From the NCBI GenBank assembly GCA_027064885.1, contig JAMOOZ010000064.1:1-55488 (forward strand): DNA of 55,488 nt, in the 5' to 3' direction. Source of the stretch: Desulfurococcales archaeon (GTDB lineage: Archaea > Thermoproteota > Thermoprotei_A > Sulfolobales > NBVN01). Below the pieces are notes generated by a model. That model made no database searches. It was not told the DNA's origin and saw only the letters and a program-made list of their open reading frames with translations. Position 1 is the first letter of the stretch. Every line of letters starts with the position of its first letter. The position numbers and the translations under genes are program-made. This document shows, piece after piece, positions 18,541 through 26,881 of this stretch.

Positions 18541-19215
18541 GTGCGTTTTAAGATGAGCAGTAAATACCGCAAGGGTGATAAGAGAGTAGCTAGGGAAGAC
18601 TACGCTATAGTACTTGACTTTATGCCTGAGGGTAACCCCATAGATCCACACCCTCCTCATAGGTCACGATCCATAGCCCAAGCAATTGGCGACAAATACT
18701 TCACGCTCCTAGAATTCTATCCTAAGCCAGGAGTAAGCATCAAGCAAGGAGAAAGGGTTTGTGTGAGCTTTAGGTTAAGGGAGTTGAGAAATAAAGTTGA
18801 TTTCGTGTGGGGGGAGCCGATAACATACGATGAACTTAGTGGCGTAGCCCGCTCGTACCTACCGGAGGCATTAAGGAAGATTGTGCAGGAAAAAGAGAAA
18901 GTCTTCGTAACATTCTTTAACATAGCCGCACCTCTCACGATTAAACTTCACTCATTAGAGCTTCTCCCAGGAATTGGTAAGAAAACCATGTGGACCTTGC
19001 TAGAGGAGCGTAAGAAAAGAAGTTTCGAGTCCTTTGAAGACCTTAAGGAACGTGGTAAGATAGCTGACCCAGTAGCAGTTATTGTTGATAGGTTACTCAG
19101 TGAGCTTAAGGGCGAGGAACGCTACTATCTCTTCGTTAACCCGCCTCCCAACGTTAAGCATGCTGTCGTGATAGGGTACCTACAACGTATATATAAGATG
19201 CTCGGATACTCCTAG
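18541..19215 (+). CDS. DUF655 helix-hairpin-helix nucleic-acid-binding protein
   Basis: EDYAIVLDFMPEGNP ... FTLLEFYPK ... FVTFFNIAAPLTIKLHSLELLPGIGKKT. It holds the conserved position after rpoF. The start may be the ATG at 18553. Confidence 0.75.
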   Translation: MRFKMSSKYRKGDKRVAREDYAIVLDFMPEGNPIDPHPPHRSRSIAQAIGDKYFTLLEFYPKPGVSIKQGERVCVSFRLRELRNKVDFVWGEPITYDELSGVARSYLPEALRKIVQEKEKVFVTFFNIAAPLTIKLHSLELLPGIGKKTMWTLLEERKKRSFESFEDLKERGKIADPVAVIVDRLLSELKGEERYYLFVNPPPNVKHAVVIGYLQRIYKMLGYS

Positions 19216-19296
19216 AGAGCATTAAGCATTTAAGGCAATACGCCTGTTCATCACTTCCTTACTTTACAAGGGAAAGCCTCAGGGGACTGTTGAGGA

Positions 19297-20010
19297 ATGA
19301 ATCGTGAGGAAAACCTCAGAGTACGGCTCGTCCTTGTATCCCCCGAAGGAAAAATAAATTTCGGCTTCATACTGAGACTTGCAAAAAATTTTAACGTTGA
19401 TGAAATATGTGTCGTGAATCCTCAGTTCGATATTAACGACAGCGAAGTCCTAGAGTTCGCGGCTAGAGCAAAGGATAATATAAATAAAGTGAGGGTCACT
19501 GGGTCATTAACTGAATGTATCTCGGGTGTACTAATTAGCGTATGCACCACAGCAAAGCTAAATCTAGAGGGAGACGTTCTGCGGCAAGGAATAAGAATAG
19601 AGGAACTCCCCCACGTAATACCAAGGCAAGGTTTAATCGCGTTAGTCTTCGGTAGAGAAAGCACCGGGTTAACGAGGGACGAACTGCGACAATGTGACAT
19701 CATTTCAACTATAGATACAGGAAGCGAGTACAATGTCCTTAACCTCTCTCATGCAGTCGCTCTATACTTATACGAAGTTAACAAGATCAGGGAGGCACCC
19801 CACAGACGAGAAGTAAGCTACTGTGGTCAGCATGTACTTCAAGCCATAAGAAGGTACTTGGATATTATTCGAGAAGCTACGGGCGATGAGCGGGGAGTAA
19901 TAGCGCTGAAACACGTGTTATTCAGGTCGAACATGAGTATCCCTGAATGCACGGCAATATATAAGCTTCTGAAGAAAATCACCCATAAAATTAATCAAAA
20001 CGCAGAGTAG
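19297..20010 (+). CDS. SpoU/TrmH-class RNA 2'-O-methyltransferase (TrmJ-like)
   Basis: LVLVSPEGKINFGFILRLAKNF, VFGRESTGLT and LNLSHAVALYLYE are the SPOUT motifs. Confidence 0.75.
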   Translation: MNREENLRVRLVLVSPEGKINFGFILRLAKNFNVDEICVVNPQFDINDSEVLEFAARAKDNINKVRVTGSLTECISGVLISVCTTAKLNLEGDVLRQGIRIEELPHVIPRQGLIALVFGRESTGLTRDELRQCDIISTIDTGSEYNVLNLSHAVALYLYEVNKIREAPHRREVSYCGQHVLQAIRRYLDIIREATGDERGVIALKHVLFRSNMSIPECTAIYKLLKKITHKINQNAE

Positions 20011-20043
20011 TAATCTGCTACTAATCCCACGCATGGCAAATCC

Positions 20044-20050
20044 TTATATA
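20044..20050 (+). promoter_or_regulatory. Candidate TATA box for rpl10e
   Basis: TTATATA lies 35 nt upstream of the ATG at 20085. GGTG at 20073-20076 is a possible SD. Confidence 0.3.
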
Positions 20051-20084
20051 CGTCTTTCCTCCCTACACCATAGGTGCTGACAGA

Positions 20085-20603
20085 ATGCCACTACGCCCAG
20101 CAAGGTGCTATAAGGAGCTGAAGAAACCCCCCTATACTAGGAAGGAGTATATAGATGGTATACCGCAACCAAAAATAAGCAAGTTCGTCATGGGTAATCC
20201 CTACGGGGACTTTGATGTCGTGTTAGAGCTCGTGTCACTTGAGTTCGCACAGATCAGGCATAATGCGCTAGAAGCAGGACGTGTAATGGCTAACAAGTAC
20301 TTATCAAAGAATATCGGTGACGACAAGTACCTGCTAATAATTAGACAGTACCCGCATCATGTGCTCCGTGAGAATAAGATGATGGCTTTCGCCGGAGCCG
20401 ACAGGCTTCAGGACGGTATGAGGCAGGCCTTCGGGAAACCCATAGGGACCGCAGCACGCGTCAAATTCGGTAGTGTGATAGCTGAGGTCAGGATACCGCG
20501 TTCCGCGATACCTCAAGCTAAGGAAGCCTTACGACGTCTGAAGGATAAGTTAGGAATTAATGCTAGGATCGTTATAAAGGAGTTGAAGACTACGTCTTCT
20601 TAG
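20085..20603 (+). CDS. rpl10e: Ribosomal protein uL16 (L10e)
   Basis: [22 protein letters not shown] ... MRQAFGKP. Confidence 0.9.
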   Translation: MPLRPARCYKELKKPPYTRKEYIDGIPQPKISKFVMGNPYGDFDVVLELVSLEFAQIRHNALEAGRVMANKYLSKNIGDDKYLLIIRQYPHHVLRENKMMAFAGADRLQDGMRQAFGKPIGTAARVKFGSVIAEVRIPRSAIPQAKEALRRLKDKLGINARIVIKELKTTSS

Positions 20604-20604
20604 A

Positions 20605-21624
20605 ATGATCACAGATAGAAAACTACGTCTTACGAAATGCGGGAATCACATTTTCACATTAAGGGAGAATACATTATCTAGAATACGGAACGCTAAGAAG
20701 ATACTTGTTCAAGTACCTGAGGGCTTTAAACCCTGCACGACGCAGGTGGTGGAAGCCATCTTAGCTAAGACTAATGACTCTGAGGTGAATATTGACGCGT
20801 CACCAAATTTCGGGTCATGCTTACTTGACCTCGAAATCGTTAGAGAGTACGATTTAGTCATACATTTCGGTCATGACAGATACCCTCTCTGGGAACCCCC
20901 AGGGAACGTAGTGTTTGAGGACATAGTGTACGAACCCAAATTAAACAAGGAAATTATGGAGGAACTTACTAGGGACTTAAAGGAAAGAAAACTAAGAAGG
21001 GTTCTTCTTTACGTGACTCAGCAACATAAGAACCTCTATGGAACTATTAGAAAGTTCTTACTGATGCACGGGATTACCGTGGTTAATGATAAGAGAAAAT
21101 CGCTTGCCTTTGGATGTATTTACCCCGACATAGCAGTGCTGTCAAGTAGTGTTGACGCGGTTATCATGGTTTCCGGAGGTTCCTTTCACTCGCTGGGAGC
21201 CGGGATATCGCTGGGAGGTTTAAAGCCTGTTTTTAAGGTTGATCCCTATAGACATACTTACGTTGACATGACTGAGGCTGTTAGGAGGGTTCTAAAGGTA
21301 AGGTTTGGCAAGATCTTCCTAGCTAATAAAGCTAGTAATTGGTTAATCATTGCCGGCATTGCTGGCCAGTATAGGCCCGGCATAGTTAGCGCAGTGAAGC
21401 AAGCTATCATGGCTAAGGGTGGGAAGTGTTTCATTGCTAGATGCACGTACTTGACTAACGCAACGCTGGCTAACCTAGATAACCCTCACATAGATTCAAT
21501 CATAGTTACATCTTGTCCCCGCCTACCCATAGATGACTTGTCGGAATACCATAAGCCTGTCCTGACTCCTGGGGAGGCACTTTACGTTTTAGGGAAACTT
21601 CACTCCTATAGGTTTCCCTGGTGA
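20605..21624 (+). CDS. dph2: Diphthamide biosynthesis protein Dph2 (2-(3-amino-3-carboxypropyl)histidine synthase)
   Basis: 339 aa with VQVPEGFK, conserved Cys positions, and a size typical of archaeal Dph2. Confidence 0.75.
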   Translation: MITDRKLRLTKCGNHIFTLRENTLSRIRNAKKILVQVPEGFKPCTTQVVEAILAKTNDSEVNIDASPNFGSCLLDLEIVREYDLVIHFGHDRYPLWEPPGNVVFEDIVYEPKLNKEIMEELTRDLKERKLRRVLLYVTQQHKNLYGTIRKFLLMHGITVVNDKRKSLAFGCIYPDIAVLSSSVDAVIMVSGGSFHSLGAGISLGGLKPVFKVDPYRHTYVDMTEAVRRVLKVRFGKIFLANKASNWLIIAGIAGQYRPGIVSAVKQAIMAKGGKCFIARCTYLTNATLANLDNPHIDSIIVTSCPRLPIDDLSEYHKPVLTPGEALYVLGKLHSYRFPW

Positions 21625-21666
21625 TCATCCCTGAGGAAAAAGGACCTCGAACGTGAAATTGAGGCC

Positions 21667-22284
21667 GTGCCTAAGTTCAGCAATCCTTCCGAAGCGCTGG
21701 AGCAATACATTACACCCTCCGACATCGCTGCTGATATACTGTGGTTAACTTACATGACTAACGACTTGAGCGGTAAATTAGTATTTGACCTGGGGTGCGG
21801 TACTGGCCGCTTGTCCTACGGCGCCCTATTGTTAGGAGCAAGTCATGTTATTTGTATTGATATCGACTATGACGCCTTAAGTAAAGCTAAGGACTTCCTG
21901 GAACTTCGTACGAATGTTCCCGTAAGCCTCATTGCGGGAGACATAAGGGAATCAATCCCAATTCGTGAAGTACGTGACTGCACCGTAGTCATGAATCCTC
22001 CTTTTGGTGTTCATCTAAGCCTAAAAGGTGCTGACATGGATTTTGTTAGAGCAGCACTATCAATTTGTAGAGACGTATACTCTCTTCATAAGATGAGTAG
22101 GGGCCTCATTAACGTTCTGTCTAAGGTTGCTCACGAATCTAGATCGACGTTCGAAATCATTAAATCATTTAAGTTCCCTATCCGGCGGATTCTCCCTAAA
22201 CATAGAAGGAAAGTACACTATATTGAGACAGTACTGGTTAGGTTTAGGCGTAAGTTTGAAGGAACATCACAAATTAAAGGCTAG
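21667..22284 (+). CDS. METTL5-like (COG2263-type) N6-adenine RNA methyltransferase
   Basis: LEQYITP, DLGCGTGRL and the catalytic NPPFG motif. Family-like sequence (LRKKDLEREIEA) continues upstream of the annotated GTG. Confidence 0.7.
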   Translation: MPKFSNPSEALEQYITPSDIAADILWLTYMTNDLSGKLVFDLGCGTGRLSYGALLLGASHVICIDIDYDALSKAKDFLELRTNVPVSLIAGDIRESIPIREVRDCTVVMNPPFGVHLSLKGADMDFVRAALSICRDVYSLHKMSRGLINVLSKVAHESRSTFEIIKSFKFPIRRILPKHRRKVHYIETVLVRFRRKFEGTSQIKG

Positions 22285-22316
22285 GATTACTTAGTCAAGT
22301 AGGAGGATGAGTATCC

Positions 22317-22904
22317 TTGGGAAGATTAGATGAAATACAGGGACGGAGAGTAACCCCAGGAGAGGAAATATGCGTGATCGAGGAATTCTTGCCGGGCATA
22401 GGTACCTTCGACAAGAACGGCGTGGTGAGGGCAGCCATGACAGGAGTAACTCAGGTAGACATGCTCAGCCGGGTTGTATTTGTGAAACCTTCCGTAAATC
22501 CTCCTAGAATGCCTGAAAAAAGTGATGTAGTATACGGCATTGTACAGGTGGTTAAGGATGAGTTCGCCATAGTTAAGATAGCTGGTGATTACCATGGTCA
22601 TCGATATCCTACATGTTTTACGGGCCTCCTACACGTTTCACAATCCATTGACAGGTATGTTAAGAATCTCTATGAAGTAGTGCGCGTCGGTGACATCCTC
22701 AAGGCTAAAGTACTAAACAACTATCCACCTTATAACTTAACCATAAAGGAGCATAAACTAGGTGTCGTATTGGCCTTTTGCGGGAGATGTGGTAGCCGCA
22801 TGGTTAAGTTAAGTAACGACACGCTTAAATGCGAATCCTGTGGTAACTTGGAGAAGAGGAAAGTAAGCTCAGACTACGGTCAACTCAGGGTCTTCTACCT
22901 ATGA
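22317..22904 (+). CDS. csl4: Exosome cap subunit Csl4
   Basis: N-terminal domain, an S1 domain (VYGIVQVVKDEFAIVKI), and a C-terminal zinc ribbon CGRCG...CESCG. Confidence 0.75.
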   Translation: MGRLDEIQGRRVTPGEEICVIEEFLPGIGTFDKNGVVRAAMTGVTQVDMLSRVVFVKPSVNPPRMPEKSDVVYGIVQVVKDEFAIVKIAGDYHGHRYPTCFTGLLHVSQSIDRYVKNLYEVVRVGDILKAKVLNNYPPYNLTIKEHKLGVVLAFCGRCGSRMVKLSNDTLKCESCGNLEKRKVSSDYGQLRVFYL

Positions 22905-23530
22905 CCACATTCAAATTTGTGCTTTCCTGCGGAGAACGTAGCAAATGCTTGGAACTCCTTGACTCAATACTTAATGCTAAGGGTGTACACGCATCTCTAA
23001 TAAGAGCGGAGGTTAAGGACAATAAGATAGTAGTAACGGTGTTTGGCAATAGGGTAGAGGCTTTACAGACACGTCATGCTGTTATAAGGGCATACAGGGA
23101 ATGGAAGAGACTAGATACTTGGATGAGGCAAGGGGAGTATATCAAGCTTAATGACTTGATAAGAGCAACAGGTAGGCCGCTTCCTACAGATGCGCTAGTT
23201 GAGGTACTAAGGATCTTAGGTAATGATGCACACGTAAAGGAGGGAGTACTCTACACTAATGCCTCCAGTGACGTCATTCTAAATGTTGCGAGAGAGCTAG
23301 CAATAGCACTAGATCAACTCATTAAAGTTAAGCCCAAGGCATCATACTCGGCTAAGTGCTTAATTACGTCACTTTCAGTGCTACAAAATAAAAGCGTACA
23401 GGAAGTTATGGAGGAACTCAGGAACGAGGGCTTTGTTGTGGAGGAAGGACATAGGCTTCTCGTAACTTCAGAGTGGAGAAGCTTATTAAGAAAGCTAACA
23501 GGAGAAGGAAGGGGCTTAGCTTGGAGGTAG
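22901..23530 (+). CDS. Conserved-context hypothetical protein (209 aa)
   Basis: The ORF overlaps the csl4 stop by 4 nt and abuts the rpoL start. I recognise no motif. Confidence 0.5.
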   Translation: MTTFKFVLSCGERSKCLELLDSILNAKGVHASLIRAEVKDNKIVVTVFGNRVEALQTRHAVIRAYREWKRLDTWMRQGEYIKLNDLIRATGRPLPTDALVEVLRILGNDAHVKEGVLYTNASSDVILNVARELAIALDQLIKVKPKASYSAKCLITSLSVLQNKSVQEVMEELRNEGFVVEEGHRLLVTSEWRSLLRKLTGEGRGLAWR

Positions 23531-23808
23531 TGATCAGGAAACATACTGATAAAGAGCTTGTGATTAAGTTAGTGGGTGAGGACCACACCATAGGTAACTT
23601 AATAGCTAAGATAGCATTAAGCCATCCAAACGTACGCTTAGCTGCATATACTGTCGAGCACCCGCTCGAGGGAAGTCCCGTAATAAGGATAGTGACTGAC
23701 GGGACTATAGACCCCGGCCAAGTACTAAGGGAGGTCGTGGTTAAATCTAAGGCAATTACTGAGAAATTACTTAGAGAACTAGAGGAGACTTTAGAAGTTG
23801 AAGAGTGA
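23530..23808 (+). CDS. rpoL: RNA polymerase subunit Rpo11 (RpoL)
   Basis: VIKLVGEDHTIGNLIAKIALSHPNVRLAAYTVEHPL. The likely start is the GTG at 23530 (TAGTG overlap with the upstream stop) or the TTG at 23521. The track ATG at 23473 would add a basic extension that looks unrelated to RpoL. Confidence 0.8.
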   Translation: MIRKHTDKELVIKLVGEDHTIGNLIAKIALSHPNVRLAAYTVEHPLEGSPVIRIVTDGTIDPGQVLREVVVKSKAITEKLLRELEETLEVEE

Positions 23809-23824
23809 ATCACGCATTTTAATT

Positions 23825-24121
23825 ATGAAAGAATTCAAAGACTGCCAAGGGCATAGATTAACATTTTATGTTATAATGCGAGGAGAAAAAGGCATTGAAC
23901 ACCTAGGGATTTCTGACGGTGATGGAAGTACCGTGGTGAAATACTTGCGTGCATCAAGACTTATTGATGAAGTGAGGATATTTATCAACCTTAACGAATT
24001 CTATGACCGTGAACTCCAGAGATTTCCTGAAGCAGTAAAGCGAAAAGTTCAGGAAAGCTTGAAGCTTCTTAACGCCCTAACGGAGGAAGTGAATAGGTTA
24101 ATATGCGCAGATATAACCTAG
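23825..24121 (+). CDS. Hypothetical protein (98 aa)
   Basis: ORF 23798..24121 trimmed to the ATG at 23825. It lies between rpoL and tfs, and I recognise no motif. Confidence 0.4.
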   Translation: MKEFKDCQGHRLTFYVIMRGEKGIEHLGISDGDGSTVVKYLRASRLIDEVRIFINLNEFYDRELQRFPEAVKRKVQESLKLLNALTEEVNRLICADIT

Positions 24122-24148
24122 ACTGGGTGTGCGGAGGGAGAGAAAACT

Positions 24149-24493
24149 ATGTTAGAGTTCTGTCCAAAGTGCGGAAGTATGATGGTCCCTAAGAAACAGG
24201 GGGATAAAACAATACTAGTATGCCCGTCCTGCGGATACGCTAAGGAAGTTAATGAAGCTGGGAAAGGAGCGATTATTAGGAAGAAGATACGGCATAAGGA
24301 AACAGAAAGGATGTTCATACTGGACACTACGAAAGAGAAGGAGGGAGTTCCTAAAACTAAGGGTGTCCGATGCCCTAGGTGCGGCAACGATGAGGCTTAC
24401 TATGTAATACTTCAAACTAGGGCCGCAGACGAGCCGCCAACGAGGATATATACGTGTACGAAGTGTGGTTACACGTGGCGTGAATATGAGTAA
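24149..24493 (+). CDS. tfs: Transcription cleavage factor TFS
   Basis: Two zinc ribbons are present. The C-terminal ribbon has the acidic hairpin QTRAADEP and CTKCGYTW. Confidence 0.9.
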   Translation: MLEFCPKCGSMMVPKKQGDKTILVCPSCGYAKEVNEAGKGAIIRKKIRHKETERMFILDTTKEKEGVPKTKGVRCPRCGNDEAYYVILQTRAADEPPTRIYTCTKCGYTWREYE

Positions 24494-24536
24494 TGCATTG
24501 TTGGTTATTTTTAATATCCTAGAACGTACGGATTAA

Positions 24537-25298
24537 ATGGTGTTGTACGTGAAAGTAACTTTTGCCGACGCAAGAATATGGCGGTACATAATAACGTCAG
24601 CCAGTAAGTTCATCGAAACAGCTATCATAAAGGTTAACCCTGACGAAGGTCTACTACTTAAAGCTCTAGACCCCTCAAGGACAGCATTAATAATATTTAC
24701 TATACCCAAAGAGTCATTCGACGAGTTTAATGTCAACGAGGAGAGCACACTGGTAATGGATTTAGAGGACGTAGGAAAAATCATGAAGACAGCTGAACGT
24801 GACGATAAGATAAGCATAGAGTGGACAGAATCCACCATATCCCTCATATTTGAAAGACGAGGTGTTCCACGAAAATTCATGATACCTCTGAGAGCTGAGG
24901 GAGAGGCAGAGAACATACCAGACCTGTCCCTAGAGTTAAGCAATGAATACGTAACCTCAGGCACCGTAATGTATGATGCCATAAATAGTATCGAGGATGT
25001 TGGTGAAACCCTCTGGGTTAGTGGGAATGAAAATACTCTGAGACTAAAATCCATAAGTGATTTAGGTGAAGCGGAAGTTGAATTATCTCTAGAGAAGGGT
25101 ACTTTAGAAAGCGCGAAAGCCGAATCACCCGGCTTTAGCGTTAGCTTCGGAATGGAGTACTTCAGTCACCTGAAGCAACCAATAAAACTGTCAGACAGAG
25201 TTACGTTACGTACGGATTCGGATATGCCTATTCATCTTGAATTAAATTACATGCAGGGTGCTAAAGTAAGTTATTACGTTGCTCCCAGATCAGAGTGA
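24537..25298 (+). CDS. pcn: DNA polymerase sliding clamp PCNA
   Basis: 253 aa. The N-terminal pattern (F.DAR.W..I..ASKFI) and the two-domain length fit PCNA. It sits adjacent to tfs and priS. Confidence 0.85.
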   Translation: MVLYVKVTFADARIWRYIITSASKFIETAIIKVNPDEGLLLKALDPSRTALIIFTIPKESFDEFNVNEESTLVMDLEDVGKIMKTAERDDKISIEWTESTISLIFERRGVPRKFMIPLRAEGEAENIPDLSLELSNEYVTSGTVMYDAINSIEDVGETLWVSGNENTLRLKSISDLGEAEVELSLEKGTLESAKAESPGFSVSFGMEYFSHLKQPIKLSDRVTLRTDSDMPIHLELNYMQGAKVSYYVAPRSE

Positions 25299-26340
25299 AC
25301 ACCCTATGAAGGTCACGAAAACTGAGAACATTTTACGGGATCTCTTGAGAAAGTACTACTCGGAAGCGCAACTCCGTTTACCAGAAAACTATATGCTTAG
25401 AGAATTTGCCTTCCAGCCATTCGAAGGCAAATCTTACATACGGCACTTATCCTTTCAAAGTATAGCTTCTCTCAGAGAGTACTTAACTAGACACACGCCT
25501 CGTCAAGCATACTACTCCGCTGCAATATATCGTGACCCCGCTGCGGAACGTATGGAAGATAAAGGTTGGCTGGGCTCAGAACTAATGTTTGATATTGACG
25601 TAGATCATATTAAAGGATGCGATAACATTGTTATTAATGTTGAAGAGAGTAATTTCCTTAACATTATCACTGATAAATGCATCGATCTCGGTAAGGATCA
25701 CCTTCTAAGGCTTATTGACGTACTAACCCAGGACTTCGGCTTTAGCCGAAGCGAGATCCTAGTGTACTTCACTGGAAATAGAGGATTTCATGTCGTAGTA
25801 GAAGCAGAGAAAGAAGATTGGCTAAGGCTTAATTCCAAAGAGCGCCGCGAGCTCGTAGATTACATTAGAGGCATAGGTCTCGACTTAAACAGATTCTTTA
25901 CGCAGTCTAAACGAATTAAGCCAATATCACCTCTACCTACGGATGGAGGGTGGCGCGGGAGAATAGCCCGTAATGGCATTGAATTAGAGGATATACTACG
26001 AAATCCAGAGGCAGTAATTGAACGAGTATACGTAGAAATAGATGAGCAAGTTACTCAAGATTTGTCAAGGTTAGTCAGAATTCCGGGATCCATTAACGGC
26101 AAGTCTGGCCTCATATCAAAGATTCTCCATTCGGAAAGCGACATTCTCAACTTTAAGGTAGGAGATCATCTCTCTCCTTTCAAGGGATTCGCCATAATAA
26201 GACCATTGATTAAGACCCCACCTTTCAATCTCTGGGGAACCGAACTTTCACTCTCTGAGGGACAGCTACTTAAAGTAAGCTTACCTGTTGCGGTGTTTCT
26301 AGCGCTAAATAATGCTGTCAAGATCATTAGAATTACCTAG
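25279..26340 (+). CDS. priS: DNA primase small (catalytic) subunit PriS
   Basis: ELMFDIDVDH, FTGNRGFHV and RIPGSINGKSG are the AEP catalytic motifs. An alternative start is the ATG at 25306. Confidence 0.85.
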   Translation: MLPDQSEHPMKVTKTENILRDLLRKYYSEAQLRLPENYMLREFAFQPFEGKSYIRHLSFQSIASLREYLTRHTPRQAYYSAAIYRDPAAERMEDKGWLGSELMFDIDVDHIKGCDNIVINVEESNFLNIITDKCIDLGKDHLLRLIDVLTQDFGFSRSEILVYFTGNRGFHVVVEAEKEDWLRLNSKERRELVDYIRGIGLDLNRFFTQSKRIKPISPLPTDGGWRGRIARNGIELEDILRNPEAVIERVYVEIDEQVTQDLSRLVRIPGSINGKSGLISKILHSESDILNFKVGDHLSPFKGFAIIRPLIKTPPFNLWGTELSLSEGQLLKVSLPVAVFLALNNAVKIIRIT

Positions 26341-26413
26341 AAGGTCACAAAGATATCTGTAGAGCACATTTATTTATACAGCGCCTTGTTATTTTCTTAA
26401 TAGGCTGATTAGC

Positions 26414-26881
26414 TTGATTCGGGAAGTTCTATTAAGAGAGCTAACAATGAAGGAGCATACTCGCATACATAGAGAAGATCTGGAGAAGATATCAGTTGAA
26501 ATTAACGATACGGTTGGCTGGTGCACCTCAAGCCTAGAGACAGAACTTTGTACAAGATACGTTAACATAGTAGGAGATCTTGCGAACACGCTAGGACGTT
26601 TCCGTCTTAAGAAATCCTTAAGTTACGAACCTCCTGTAGGATCTGTCGACTACGAGGCACTGATATGTGCTTTAAGAATAGCTCCTAGATATCATGAATT
26701 GCTGTTCAAGGGGCTAAGTCTTAGCCATGTAGGAATCGCTGTAAGAATAAAGCGTGGGATATCAATTAATAACAGAATAGTTACCCCAGGTACAGTTACC
26801 TTTCTAGATGAATTAGAGGCGGTGCTACTTGAGTACTTGGGATATATTGAGATCATCGACCCTCTTCCTTTGACTCAGTAA
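26414..26881 (+). CDS. Possible GINS subunit (Gins15/51-like); otherwise hypothetical
   Basis: 155 aa directly after priS, an arrangement known in Sulfolobales. It has a helical N-half with RFRLKKSL and a small C-terminal beta-type module (VTPGTVTFLDELEAVLLEYLGYIEII). The call rests on context and pattern only. Confidence 0.35.
   Translation: MIREVLLRELTMKEHTRIHREDLEKISVEINDTVGWCTSSLETELCTRYVNIVGDLANTLGRFRLKKSLSYEPPVGSVDYEALICALRIAPRYHELLFKGLSLSHVGIAVRIKRGISINNRIVTPGTVTFLDELEAVLLEYLGYIEIIDPLPLTQ

Noticed and set aside
24533-25054. The 173-aa minus-strand ORF.
   Set aside because: It is an antisense shadow of PCNA with Ser-rich composition.
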